From Alistipes sp. (GTDB lineage Bacteria > Bacteroidota > Bacteroidia > Bacteroidales > Rikenellaceae): a DNA stretch of 64,000 bases. Below, one piece after another: positions 34,462-45,064 of the stretch. Position 1 is the first letter of the stretch. The number at the start of each line of letters is the position of its first letter. A program made the position numbers and the translations under genes. A model generated the notes under the pieces. It saw only the letters and a list, made by a program, of their open reading frames with translations, was not told the DNA's origin and ran no database searches. The stretch is taken from the NCBI GenBank assembly GCA_045537095.1, contig JAZSOV010000129.1:24665-88664 (forward strand). Reading direction: 5' to 3'.

Positions 34462-37400
34462 TTATTCCTTTTCGATTGTTTTAATTGGTTTAACCTTCTC
34501 CTGCAACCATTGGAAGATGATGAACAATGCAGGCAGGATAAATAACAAGGCCAATGTTCCGATGACCATACCACCGACAACGCCGGCACCGATGGTGTTG
34601 TTACCATTAGCACCTACGCCCGTAGCGAACATCAGAGGAATCATACCGATAACCATGGTCAAAACGGTCATCAAGATAGGGCGGAAACGCTCCTTCGTAG
34701 CCACATAGGTTGCGCGAGCGATACTCATGCCCTTGGCTCGGTTCTCACCTGCAAACTCGGTGATAAGAATGGCGGTCTTGGAGAGCAGACCGATAAGCAT
34801 AATCAGACCTGTCTGCAAGTAGATGTTATTTTCGAGTCCCATCATTCGGGCAAACAGGAACGAACCCATCAATCCGAATGGAACAGACAAGATTACCGCC
34901 AACGGCACGATGTAGCTCTCATAAAGAGCCGCCAGAATGAGGTAGATAAGCAAGAAGCAGATGACGAAGATAATCGCCGTATTGCTTGTACTTGTAGCCT
35001 CCTCGCGGGCAATACCTGCAAAGTCGTAGCCATAGCCCATAGGCAATATCTCGGCAGCAACCTCCTGCACAGCCTTGATGGCATCTCCCGAAGAGTAACC
35101 ATCGGCAGAACGGCCATTGATACTGATAGCAGGGAACATATTAAATCGTGCGAGGTTTTCCGGTGCGTAGATCTTTTCGAGTGTTACGAACTGACTCACC
35201 GGTGCCATATCGTTGCCAATGCGTACGAAGATATTGTTCAAGGTCTGACGATCGGCGCGATACTGAGGATGAGCCTGAACACGCACTTGATAGAGCTTGG
35301 TGAAGCGGTTGAATCGTGTAGACATCATACCTCCGTAGTATCCGTTCAAGACATTCAGAACAGCCTTTGTGGTTGTTCCTGCACGCTTACACTTCACGGC
35401 ATCGACCTCAATCTGATACTGAGGGAAGCGTGGGTTGAACGAGGTGTGTGCTCTACCTATCTCTGGTCGCTGGCGCAGTGCTGCAAGGAAGTCGTTTGTT
35501 ACTTGTGCCAACTCTTCGATTGTGCCACCCTTTCTATCCTGAACATACATATTGAAACCACCAGCAGCTCCAAAGCCCGGAATCATCGCAGGTGTCGAGG
35601 TGAAGATTGTCGCATCGTTGAACGAGTCGCCATACTCCTTTACGCGGTTCTGCACCGCCTCAACACTATGCTCCTTACCCTTTCGCAAGTCCCAATGTTT
35701 GAGTCGAAGCACGATGTTACCGTGTGAAGCACCTGCACCACCCGTCATCGAGTATCCGGCTGTTCTACCATAGGCGTGTACCTCCTCGATATCCTTGATG
35801 ATATCGTTGTCGATGCGGTCCATAACGCGAATTGTCTGCGAGAGGGATGTTCCCGGAGGAGTCGAGACATCGATACGAAGCGTTCCCACATCCTCGCGAG
35901 GGATAAGTCCTGTCTTTGTGGTATTCATTAGGTGTACCAAGAGAACGCACGCTACAACCAATAGCGATAGACTCAACCAACGATGGCGCAAGAAGAATGT
36001 TACACCACGAAGATAGCGCTTGCAGATGGCGTTGAACGAACTATCGAGCGCCAAACTTATTCGCTTGCCAAACGACATCTTCACTGGATTGCCGTTCACA
36101 TCCTTCGGTTTGAGCAATATGGCGCACAACGCAGGCGAGAGTGTCAAGGCGTTCAATGCTGAGATGCCCACAGCTACTGCCATTGTGATACCGAACTGCG
36201 TGTAGAAGATACCCGAAGTACCACCCATAAACGATACAGGGATAAATACCGCCATAAAGACGAGCGTACAAGTGATAATCGCCGAGGTAATACCCTCCAT
36301 TGCATCAATCGTAGCCTTATAGACTGACTTATAGCCCAAGTCAAGCTTCGAGTGAACCGCCTCAACCACGATAATAGCATCATCCACAACCACACCAATC
36401 GACAATACCAAGGCAAAGAGTGTGAGGAGGTTGATACTAAATCCGAAGAAGAAGAGGAACATGAATGTTCCGATAATCGAAACGATAGTACCGATAAGCG
36501 GAATCATCGTTGAACGGAAGTCGCGCAGGAAGATAAACACTACGAGTGTTACCAGTACAATAGCTTCCAACAGCGTACGAACTACATTGTAGATCGAAGC
36601 GAAGAGGAAGTCGTTAGCACTCTCCAACACCACCAACTCCAAGTCTACCGGAAAACTATCGCGGGCCTCTTCGAGGTAGGCATCAATCTTCTTGATAACC
36701 TCGGTAGCATTTGAGTCCGGTGTTTGGTAGATTGTAAACTCACCACCGGGCGAGCCATTTACCTCTCCGACATATTGGTAATTCTGCGTTCCCAATTCGA
36801 TGTCTGCAATATCTTTGAGTCGCAATACCTCGCCATTAGGGAGAGCGCGGATTACGATTTTCTCGAACTCTTCGGTCTTCTCCAAGCGGCCCTTGTAGCG
36901 CATGGCATACTGGAAGGTATTATCCGTGCTTTCGCCGAAGGAGCCAGTTGCAGCCTCGATATTCTGTTCACCGAGTGCAGCTGCAATATCGGCAGGCTCC
37001 AACTTATATTGAGCCATAATATCAGGTTTGAGCCATATACGCATCGAGTAGTCCGAGCCTCGCACATCGACATCTCCTACGCCCGGAATACGCGAAATAG
37101 CAGGCACGAGGTTGATTTTGATGTAGTTAACGATAAAGGTACGATCGTAAGAGCCATTTGGACTATACAATGCAACACGCTCCAAGACACTTGTCTGTCG
37201 CTTCTTCACGGTAACTCCGGCCTCGACAACCTCCGAAGGGAGCTGTCGTGTGGCACGCGATACGCAGTTCTGAACATTGACAGCCGCCATATCGGCATTT
37301 GTGCCCTGCTTGAAATATACGGTAATATTACCATTTCCGTTGTTTGTGGCCGTGGAGGACATATAGGTCATATTCTCCACACCGTTGATAGCCTCTTCGA

Positions 37401-37596
37401 GTGGCACAATGGCACTCTTCTGAATAGTTTCGGCACTCGCACCCGGGTACGACACCGATACATTGATAGTAGGAGGCGCGATACTTGGATATCGCTCGAT
37501 AGGCAGCACGGCCAAACCTATGAGTCCGCCAATGATGACGACAATCGATATCACTGACGATAGTACAGGGCGATCGATAAATGTTTTAATATTCAT
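34462..37596 (-). CDS. RND efflux permease (HAE1/AcrB family)
   Basis: FIDRPV, YPGASA, GVVVDDAIIVVE, RFRPILMT. Confidence 0.96.
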   Translation of the reverse strand: MNIKTFIDRPVLSSVISIVVIIGGLIGLAVLPIERYPSIAPPTINVSVSYPGASAETIQKSAIVPLEEAINGVENMTYMSSTATNNGNGNITVYFKQGTNADMAAVNVQNCVSRATRQLPSEVVEAGVTVKKRQTSVLERVALYSPNGSYDRTFIVNYIKINLVPAISRIPGVGDVDVRGSDYSMRIWLKPDIMAQYKLEPADIAAALGEQNIEAATGSFGESTDNTFQYAMRYKGRLEKTEEFEKIVIRALPNGEVLRLKDIADIELGTQNYQYVGEVNGSPGGEFTIYQTPDSNATEVIKKIDAYLEEARDSFPVDLELVVLESANDFLFASIYNVVRTLLEAIVLVTLVVFIFLRDFRSTMIPLIGTIVSIIGTFMFLFFFGFSINLLTLFALVLSIGVVVDDAIIVVEAVHSKLDLGYKSVYKATIDAMEGITSAIITCTLVFMAVFIPVSFMGGTSGIFYTQFGITMAVAVGISALNALTLSPALCAILLKPKDVNGNPVKMSFGKRISLALDSSFNAICKRYLRGVTFFLRHRWLSLSLLVVACVLLVHLMNTTKTGLIPREDVGTLRIDVSTPPGTSLSQTIRVMDRIDNDIIKDIEEVHAYGRTAGYSMTGGAGASHGNIVLRLKHWDLRKGKEHSVEAVQNRVKEYGDSFNDATIFTSTPAMIPGFGAAGGFNMYVQDRKGGTIEELAQVTNDFLAALRQRPEIGRAHTSFNPRFPQYQIEVDAVKCKRAGTTTKAVLNVLNGYYGGMMSTRFNRFTKLYQVRVQAHPQYRADRQTLNNIFVRIGNDMAPVSQFVTLEKIYAPENLARFNMFPAISINGRSADGYSSGDAIKAVQEVAAEILPMGYGYDFAGIAREEATSTSNTAIIFVICFLLIYLILAALYESYIVPLAVILSVPFGLMGSFLFARMMGLENNIYLQTGLIMLIGLLSKTAILITEFAGENRAKGMSIARATYVATKERFRPILMTVLTMVIGMIPLMFATGVGANGNNTIGAGVVGGMVIGTLALLFILPALFIIFQWLQEKVKPIKTIEKE

Positions 37597-37625
37597 CTCT
37601 GTTTCTCCTTATTTTGAGGTTACTC

Positions 37626-38756
37626 CTACTTCTTTTTGAGGTTTACAAACTCCTTAATCTTGATAGGTGTGTCATCGCGCAACAAGCCGATACCCTCAAC
37701 AACGATGGTGTCGCCCTCCATCAAGCCCGACTCAACAATATACTCTTTACCATTGCTGATCTCGAATACGCCGATGATGGTTGCCTTGGCTATGCCTTTC
37801 TCGACCTTATATGCGTAGACCTTATCCTGTACTTCGAATGTTGCCTGCTGCGGAATAACTACGCAACCCTCCTGACGGTGAGGCAGAAGGATGGTGCCCG
37901 AGCCTCCCGAAAGGAGCAGACGCTTTCTGTTCGGGAACTTGGCACGAATGGTAACCGAACCCGTAGTTGGGTCGATGATACCGGATATAGCCTCGATGCG
38001 TCCCTTCTCCGAGTAGATTGTACCATCGCTCAACTGCAACTGCACCATTGGCAACTCCTGCAATGCGTTTTCGAGCGCGCCATATTGGCGTTTGAGCGAC
38101 AATACCTGACTCTCGCTGAGAGAGAAGTATACATACATCTCCGAGTTGTCCGACACGGAGGTCATAGGTGTTGAATCCGAAGGGCTTACGAGTGTGCCGA
38201 CACGGAATGGGAGTGTGCCGACAACGCCATCAACAGGACTCTTAACCAAGGTGTAGGAGAGGTTGTTGCTTGCGGTGAGTTCGTTTGCACGAGCCTGTGC
38301 AAGTTGAGCCTTGGCACTCGCCAAAGTGGTGCGAGCCATACGGAGATCGAAGTCCGAGATAATATTCTGCTCGAACAACTTCTCCTTACTTGTAGCCGAA
38401 AGCTCGGCTGCATCAACTTGTGCCTTTGCTACATCGACATTTGCCTCTGCCGTAGCGAGGGCTGCCTGATAAGGCACCTGATCGATAACGAAGAGAGTCT
38501 GTCCCTGACGAACAATCGAGCCCTCCTTAACCTTGATGTCGGTGATGTAGCCCTGCACCTTCGGACGGATATCGACATCCTGCTTTCCTCGGATTGTAGC
38601 CGAGTAGGTCGAGCTGAGTTTGCGCGATGTTGTTTGAAGAATCATCGCATTGTACTCACGAGTGCGCTTTGTTTTGCTGGTCTCCTCCTTGCAACTTGTC
38701 AGAAGAAGTGCTGCAACAAGGCAAAGCATCAAACCTGAAAGTAAATTTTTTGTCAT
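37626..38756 (-). CDS. RND efflux periplasmic adaptor (MFP)
   Basis: Lipobox LTSC, IRPKVQG, VKSPVDG, IDPTTG. Confidence 0.94.
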   Translation of the reverse strand: MTKNLLSGLMLCLVAALLLTSCKEETSKTKRTREYNAMILQTTSRKLSSTYSATIRGKQDVDIRPKVQGYITDIKVKEGSIVRQGQTLFVIDQVPYQAALATAEANVDVAKAQVDAAELSATSKEKLFEQNIISDFDLRMARTTLASAKAQLAQARANELTASNNLSYTLVKSPVDGVVGTLPFRVGTLVSPSDSTPMTSVSDNSEMYVYFSLSESQVLSLKRQYGALENALQELPMVQLQLSDGTIYSEKGRIEAISGIIDPTTGSVTIRAKFPNRKRLLLSGGSGTILLPHRQEGCVVIPQQATFEVQDKVYAYKVEKGIAKATIIGVFEISNGKEYIVESGLMEGDTIVVEGIGLLRDDTPIKIKEFVNLKKK

Positions 38757-38905
38757 ATTGTTTGTGGTTTTGTTGTTATGTTTCTGTTATAGTACAACAG
38801 CTTTTAAAAAAAGCTGTGCAAAGGTAGTAAAAATTAGGTAGTAAAACAAGGTAAGGGGCTGAATGAAACTCGCCCCTTATACTATATGTGGAAACTAAGT
38901 TTGTG

Positions 38906-40141
38906 CTATTTGATCTCCTCGTACAACAGGGAGATGGCGTATGCCGTAGCGCGCGATATGATTTGCGAACGGTCTGTGCCACAGTTCTTTAATATGGCAA
39001 AGCATTTTTCGGGAGTTGCCACGCCAATCCAAACCGTGCCAACAGGTTTTTCGGTAGAGCCCCCCGTTGGTCCCGCAATGCCGGTCGTTGAAATGGCAAA
39101 TTTTGCCCCTGAAACGCCCCTGATGCCTTGTGCCATAGACTTTGCAACCTGCTCCGATACAGCCCCATACTGCTCGATATCCCTCGGATTTACACCCAAA
39201 ACTTGACACTTTGCCTCGTTGCTATACGACACCACGCCACATAAAAAGTAAGCTGAGGCTCCCGCTTGTGCTGTGAATTTCGAGGCTATCGCACCGCCCG
39301 TGCAACTCTCCGCTACGGCGAGAGTATCGCCCCTCTCGGTGAGAATATTATGCACCAACTCTTCGACCGAAGCCTCCTCGAAACCTGCGATATTGTCGGG
39401 GAAGATTGTGCGTAGCGCAGCAAACTGTCGGTCAATCTCGTGGCGCACCTTCTTGCCCTCAACTTCGTATGCCGACAATCGCAATCGTACTACATTTGGT
39501 GCAGGGAGATAGGCGAGGTGGAGATGTTTGGGCAGTGCATCCTCCCACTGCGCAATGCGCTCCGCCAAAATCGACTCGGCAATGCCGAAGGTAATCATCG
39601 TGCGATGAACTATCTCGCGCAATTCAAATTGAGCCTTCAATCGAGGCATAACCTCCTCATCAATGAGGTGCTGCATTTCGAATGGAACACCCGGCAACGA
39701 TACCACAACACGCCCGTTGTGCTCAAACCACATACCCGGAGCTGTGCCGTGCGCATTGTGCAGTACGGTGCAACATTCTGGTACCATAGCTTGTCCTCGG
39801 TTGAGATCGTTGAACGCTATGTTGCGAGCCGCCAACAGTGTGCGTATATGCTCAGCTTCGACCTCATCGTAGTGCAGTGTCGAGCCGAAGTAGTCGCATA
39901 GAGTGTGTTTTGTGATATCATCCTTTGTTGGGCCCAGACCTCCCGTGATAATTACGATGTCGCTCTCGCCAAGTGCGCGGTCGAGAGTGGCGACAATTTG
40001 GTCGCGGCGGTCGCCTATCGAGGTACGCGCGATTACGACAATGCCGTGCGCATTGAGTGCGCGCGATATGTAGCGCGAGTTGGTGTCGAGAATTTGACCT
40101 ATCAAAATCTCATCACCAATGGTTATGATTGTAGCTTTCAT
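38906..40141 (-). CDS. cinA: CinA family NMN deamidase-related protein
   Basis: IGDEILIGQ..DTN, TGGLGPTKDD, AESCTGG, TGIAGPTGG. Confidence 0.95.
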   Translation of the reverse strand: MKATIITIGDEILIGQILDTNSRYISRALNAHGIVVIARTSIGDRRDQIVATLDRALGESDIVIITGGLGPTKDDITKHTLCDYFGSTLHYDEVEAEHIRTLLAARNIAFNDLNRGQAMVPECCTVLHNAHGTAPGMWFEHNGRVVVSLPGVPFEMQHLIDEEVMPRLKAQFELREIVHRTMITFGIAESILAERIAQWEDALPKHLHLAYLPAPNVVRLRLSAYEVEGKKVRHEIDRQFAALRTIFPDNIAGFEEASVEELVHNILTERGDTLAVAESCTGGAIASKFTAQAGASAYFLCGVVSYSNEAKCQVLGVNPRDIEQYGAVSEQVAKSMAQGIRGVSGAKFAISTTGIAGPTGGSTEKPVGTVWIGVATPEKCFAILKNCGTDRSQIISRATAYAISLLYEEIK

Positions 40142-40144
40142 CCT

Positions 40145-41221
40145 CTATTGATTATCCGTTTCGGAATTTTCGGCAGGCTGTTCGACCTCGGCTGCGGGCG
40201 CGATAAGGCTCTTGCATAAGTCGCCGACAAAGCCGGCTCCATTATATACAAACCCTGTGTATACCTGTACGAGAGTTGCTCCTGCCTCCATCATTCGCTT
40301 TACATCCTCGCCTGTCATCAATCCACCGACACCGATAATAGGGTAGGTGCCATTACATCGCTCGTAAACACGGCGTACCACCTCGATAGCCCGCTCGGTA
40401 AGTGGCGAGCCACTGACAGCTCCAATGCCGGCTTTGCGCAACTCCTCCTGCGGCGTTGCAAGCTCCTGCGGATGGGTTGTGGCGTTGGTAGCGATGATGC
40501 CATCAAGCGGCGTATCGACCATAATGTCGGTCATCAGGTCAATCTCCTCGTTGGTCAAGTCGGGCGATATTTTGAGTAGTATCGGACGATATTGATTTTG
40601 TCCTCGGCGGAAGTCGAAGAGGGGGTCGAGTATCTTCATTATACTCTCGCGTGTGCGAGGTACATACTGCTTGTGCGTGGTGTTGTAGCTCACATTTACG
40701 GCGAAGTAATCTATGTATTGATAGAGGTTGCGGAATACGCGCAGATAGTCCATTGCTGCCTCTTCGGGTGGTGTTACGGTATTCTTTCCGATGTTGCAAC
40801 CTATGATTATACCCTTATGTTCGTGGCGTACATTGTTTATCACCGCCTCCAAGCCCTTCGAAGCAAGGCCTATGCGATTTATTATGGCCTTGTCGTTTTG
40901 AAGTGTGAAGATGCGCGGTTTGGGATTGCCTTGTTGAGGGCGTGGCGTTACGGTGCCAATCTCCACAAATCCGAAACCGAGAGCCGAAAGTGGTCGAAAA
41001 ACCTCGCCATTGCGGTCGAAACCTGCTGCTAAACCGATTGGATTGCGGAAGTGCAAGCCGAAAACCTCGCGCTCCAAAGCGACATCTTCGGTGGCGTATA
41101 TCTTGCGCATAAACCACTTTACCAAAGGCAATTTGTCGGCAATGCGTAGCAATACGATGCAGCACATGTGCGCTCGTTCTGCACCAAACAGGCGTGATAT
41201 GATATGTAGAATACCCTTCAT
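40145..41221 (-). CDS. pyrD: Class 2 (quinone) dihydroorotate dehydrogenase-like protein
   Basis: NPIGLAAGFD, GTVTPRPQQGNPKPR, NIGKN, LKISPD; several active-site motifs are divergent. Confidence 0.8.
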   Translation of the reverse strand: MKGILHIISRLFGAERAHMCCIVLLRIADKLPLVKWFMRKIYATEDVALEREVFGLHFRNPIGLAAGFDRNGEVFRPLSALGFGFVEIGTVTPRPQQGNPKPRIFTLQNDKAIINRIGLASKGLEAVINNVRHEHKGIIIGCNIGKNTVTPPEEAAMDYLRVFRNLYQYIDYFAVNVSYNTTHKQYVPRTRESIMKILDPLFDFRRGQNQYRPILLKISPDLTNEEIDLMTDIMVDTPLDGIIATNATTHPQELATPQEELRKAGIGAVSGSPLTERAIEVVRRVYERCNGTYPIIGVGGLMTGEDVKRMMEAGATLVQVYTGFVYNGAGFVGDLCKSLIAPAAEVEQPAENSETDNQ

Positions 41222-41313
41222 GACGGCGCAAAGGTAGCAAATAAATTAAAAGTTAAAAATTAAAATTTAAAAGTTATTTTTTAAAAACTCCTCGCTTCTC
41301 ACTACTCACTGTC

Positions 41314-42315
41314 TTAAAAGTATTCTTCGCGATAGTGGTAGTTGTTGCGGAGCGACTCGAATTGTTCGGGGCTGTTGCGGAGTGTGTTGCTCTCGGTTGT
41401 GAGGTCGCAATACTCTTCGATTGTGGTGCAGATCTCCTTCCACTCAATCATCTTCGGGGTAACAACCTCTACTTCGGAAGGTCGCCAATCAATAAGTGGC
41501 AGGCCGAAGTGTTGCGCCAAGGCTTGTACAGCTAAGGCTGTGGCATTGGCCTTGCCTTGTGCCGAGTAGCCGGCGATGTGGGGTGTCGCAACCATCGATT
41601 TTGCAAGGTACTCGTTGTCTATATATGGCTCGTTTTCCCAGACATCGGTGATGTAGGTCAGGTCGTTACGGCGTGTTGCTTCGGAGGCTACACACTCTCC
41701 GCGCGAGGCGTTGATAAGGGTGGCGTTCGAATGAAGAAGTGCGATGTTGTCGCTATTTATGAGATGTCGTGTAGTGGCGTTGAGGGGGGTGTGAAGAGTT
41801 ACAATGTCTGCCCGCCGCAAAACCTCTTCGAGTGAAACAAAACCGAGATGTTCGTACTCCTCGCGCGGAGGGTCAGAGCAGATTGTGTGAAAGCCCCACG
41901 CCTCGGCGTACTCCTTGATAAGGCGACCTACATGTCCCACACCCACAATGCCCAATGTGCGTTGTTGCGGGACGAAATTTTCGCGCTTGGCAAGTAGCGC
42001 CAAAGCTGCTGATACCCATTGTAATACCCCTCTTGCATTGCATCCTGCCGAGGTGGCTACCGCGATATTGCGACTGCGGCAATAGTCGCAGTCGATATGG
42101 TCGAACCCGATGGTAGCCGTGGCGATAAATTGCACGCGCGAGCCTTCGAGTAGTTCTCTGTTGCAGCGGGTGCGGGTTCTCACAATAAGAGCATCGGCAT
42201 CTGCCACTATCTCGCGTGTGAAGTTGCGACCATCGAGGTAGATAACCTCGGCAAATGGCTCCAACACACCCTGCAAGAATGGTATGGCTTGGTCGGCTAC
42301 AATCTTCATACGCAA
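41314..42315 (-). CDS. pdxB: 4-phosphoerythronate dehydrogenase
   Basis: VRTRT, TATIGFDHID, GVGHVG, DVWENEP, TPHIAGYS. Confidence 0.93.
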   Translation of the reverse strand: MRMKIVADQAIPFLQGVLEPFAEVIYLDGRNFTREIVADADALIVRTRTRCNRELLEGSRVQFIATATIGFDHIDCDYCRSRNIAVATSAGCNARGVLQWVSAALALLAKRENFVPQQRTLGIVGVGHVGRLIKEYAEAWGFHTICSDPPREEYEHLGFVSLEEVLRRADIVTLHTPLNATTRHLINSDNIALLHSNATLINASRGECVASEATRRNDLTYITDVWENEPYIDNEYLAKSMVATPHIAGYSAQGKANATALAVQALAQHFGLPLIDWRPSEVEVVTPKMIEWKEICTTIEEYCDLTTESNTLRNSPEQFESLRNNYHYREEYF

Positions 42316-42456
42316 TATGTGGTTTGAAATTCTCTAAACACTACAAATTTAGCACAAATATAGCAGGTTTGAGCATTGGTTGTATATTTTTAATAAAATT
42401 TTTGTAATTTTGTCGCTTGGATATTGAAAAACAGAGAGGTAATCAATAGTAAGATT

Positions 42457-43134
42457 ATGGCTAAATTGGTAAAATATATTGTGGTGTTTCTTCTCTTTGG
42501 AGGGGCGCTTTTCTCGTGTGGAAAGCGCACGACCAAGCTCGGTGGCGAGGCCGACACACTCTCTTATGTTGTAGGTCTGAATGTAGGTCACTCGCTTATG
42601 GAGATGGACTCTACGCTCAATGTAGAGGCTGTATGTGCTGCAATACGCGATGTCTACAATGGCTCGACAAAGATGACCTTGTCCGAGGCGCGCGACTACT
42701 ATCTTGCAGAAAAAACCTTCTTCGTGCACGAGAAGGCCAAGGCCTATCAGGAGCGTTACCTTACCGATTTGAGTAAGCGCGACCGCAAGTATGTTCGCAC
42801 GCGCAGTGGTGTGACCTACAAGATTATAGAGCTTGGCGATCAGAGTCATACGGGTTCGATGTCTATGCGCGATACGGTGAAAATCGCCTACAAGATTACG
42901 GACGAGGAGGGGCGTGTGATAGTCGAGGCCGACACCTTGCGCGACTCCTACCGCAACCTTGTCAATGGTTTGCAGGAGGTTGTCAAGATTGCCGGCAGTG
43001 GCGCAAGCTTCAATGCGTGGTTGCCATCGAAGACCGCCTACGATGTTGAAGGAGACAAGGAGTTGGGTATTGGTGCAAATATGATGCTTAACTACGAGGT
43101 CAAGATACTCGATATCAAATATAATAGAAGATAG
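42457..43134 (+). CDS. FKBP-type PPIase-like lipoprotein (divergent catalytic domain)
   Basis: FKBP_N-like DTLSYVVG, TRSGVTY, LPSKTAY, LNYEV. Start at MAKLV. Confidence 0.75.
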   Translation: MAKLVKYIVVFLLFGGALFSCGKRTTKLGGEADTLSYVVGLNVGHSLMEMDSTLNVEAVCAAIRDVYNGSTKMTLSEARDYYLAEKTFFVHEKAKAYQERYLTDLSKRDRKYVRTRSGVTYKIIELGDQSHTGSMSMRDTVKIAYKITDEEGRVIVEADTLRDSYRNLVNGLQEVVKIAGSGASFNAWLPSKTAYDVEGDKELGIGANMMLNYEVKILDIKYNRR

Positions 43135-43228
43135 AGGTATTGCTAATTAGAAAAAATCACTATCTTTGCACGATATTTTGGTGCGGACTACGCAGAATAC
43201 AAACAAACTACAAAATACAACAGTAATT

Positions 43229-44326
43229 ATGAAAAAGACATTTATGGCAATTGTGGCACTTGCTTGTGCTGCATTGGTTGTCTCTTGCGGCAATAGCAAG
43301 AGCTTTAAGATTGTTGAGGGTGATACCGCAACTTTGGACTCGTTGTCGTACTGCCTCGGTGCAAACATTGGTCAGAGCATCAAGATGCAGTTGAGCGATG
43401 TTCCGTTCGATATCGAGGTTGTAAAGAAGGGACTCAAAGGTGGCTTGACCAACAAGTCGAAGCAGGCTCACGAGGAGTCTATCGATCTCCTTCGTTCGTT
43501 CTTCAGCCAGACTCTCCCTGAGCGCCGTGCTGCACAGCAGGAGGCGATGTTGGCCGACTCGACAGCTACATTCAACTTCTTCACTTCGGCTGAGGAGTGC
43601 GAGGAAGTTTCGTATGCTTTCGGTAACGACATTGGTAGCAATGTAGCAAAGAGCAAGTTCCCTGTTCAGTACTATTGGGTGCTCAAAGGCTTACAGGATG
43701 CATATCAGGGTAGCACCGAGCTTTCGGATCAGGATATCATGGCATTCTTGCAGCGCTACTTCATGGTAGTTCGCCCTGCCGAGATTGCAGAGCGTTCAGC
43801 AAAGTGGTTGGAGAAGAAGGAGAAGGGCTTCGGCGTGAAGAAGACCGAGAGTGGCTTGCTCTACAAGGTTGTTAAGGCCGGCGATATGGAGCGTGCAGCC
43901 AAGATGGACGAGGATACAGTTCAGGTACACTATGTTGGTAAGTTGCAGGATGGTACCGTATTTGATGCTTCGCGCTTCGAGGATCGTTCGAAAGAGCAGC
44001 AGAAGCAGATTCGTGAGCATCGTCCATATATGTTCGATGAGAAGGGTAACCTCGTAGAGCCTGAGGAGCCAATCGAGTTCCCACTCAATCGTGTTATCAA
44101 GGGTTGGACTGAGGGTATGAAGCTCGTTGGTCCTGGTGGTAAGATTAAGCTCTACATTCCTGCCGACTTGGCTTATGGTCGCCGTGGTGCAGGTCAGTTG
44201 ATTGGCCCTAACGAGGCTTTGGAGTTTGAGGTTGAGCTTATCGATGTTAAGCCTGCAACTGTTGAAGCTCCTGCTGCTGAGGTAGCCCCTGCAACAGAGG
44301 AGGTTAAGGCAGAGCCTGCAAAGTAA
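43229..44326 (+). CDS. FKBP-type peptidyl-prolyl isomerase lipoprotein
   Basis: [36 protein letters not shown]. Start at MKKTF; promoter at 43161-43168. Confidence 0.93.
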   Translation: MKKTFMAIVALACAALVVSCGNSKSFKIVEGDTATLDSLSYCLGANIGQSIKMQLSDVPFDIEVVKKGLKGGLTNKSKQAHEESIDLLRSFFSQTLPERRAAQQEAMLADSTATFNFFTSAEECEEVSYAFGNDIGSNVAKSKFPVQYYWVLKGLQDAYQGSTELSDQDIMAFLQRYFMVVRPAEIAERSAKWLEKKEKGFGVKKTESGLLYKVVKAGDMERAAKMDEDTVQVHYVGKLQDGTVFDASRFEDRSKEQQKQIREHRPYMFDEKGNLVEPEEPIEFPLNRVIKGWTEGMKLVGPGGKIKLYIPADLAYGRRGAGQLIGPNEALEFEVELIDVKPATVEAPAAEVAPATEEVKAEPAK

Positions 44327-44346
44327 TATCAATCAGATAGAGAGCT

Positions 44347-44385
44347 GTGGAGGAGCGATTGTTTAGGTCGCTCCTCCACTTTTTT
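44347..44385 (+). terminator. Intrinsic terminator
   Basis: GTGGAGGAGCGA/TCGCTCCTCCAC stem plus T6. Confidence 0.85.
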
Positions 44386-44989
44386 ATCTCTTGCGGTGTC
44401 GCTTGGGCAACTCGATATACTCTGTGTAGACTATACGAGTGTGGGGATTTGAGGAGGTTATCTCCTGCCGAATGGCCTTTGTCCCGTAGCGAAAGAAAAG
44501 AAACTTGCGCGGCACGCGATGTACCACCTGACGAAGAGTGTCGATGCTTTCGATACGACACTCGGCCTTGCCATTGCAGATGGAACCCTCGATGCTAATC
44601 CAACTATCGCTCCATCGAAATAGCGATGTCGTGTCTGACAACAATTGATCGTGGTGTGTTGTATCGTGTAGGGGTGCTGTAATCTCGACCTTGGTTTGCG
44701 AGGCTGCGGTTGCAATGCTCTCCACACGGCGCAGGCGCAGACCAAGAGCTTTTATGCGCTCGGTGTCGCGCGTGTGTTGTTTGCGGTACTCTCTGAGTTC
44801 GAGTTGCATTGCCACAACCGAAGCTGCCGACTCGTCAAGGCGTGTGCGGTAGAGGGTTGTTTCGGAGGAGAGAGCCTCGTTGTTGTTGCGAAGTCGTGCG
44901 ATTTCGCCATGTATGCAAAATAGTTGCACACCACAAATGATGGCGAGCAGAGTTGCTCCCATCGCATAGATGAGTAGAAATTTTTTCAT
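44384..44989 (-). CDS. DUF6549-like protein (TM + coiled coil; resembles Bacteroidetes phage lysis-region proteins)
   Basis: N-terminal TM segment, heptads, C-terminal VPRKFLFFRYGTK...SSNPH. Confidence 0.6.
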   Translation of the reverse strand: MKKFLLIYAMGATLLAIICGVQLFCIHGEIARLRNNNEALSSETTLYRTRLDESAASVVAMQLELREYRKQHTRDTERIKALGLRLRRVESIATAASQTKVEITAPLHDTTHHDQLLSDTTSLFRWSDSWISIEGSICNGKAECRIESIDTLRQVVHRVPRKFLFFRYGTKAIRQEITSSNPHTRIVYTEYIELPKRHRKR

Positions 44990-45064
44990 ATTTTAAAGGG
45001 ATTTTCTTGGTGCAAATATACCACCCGAAAATCCCCTTGTCAATACATATTTTTTGGAAAATTG

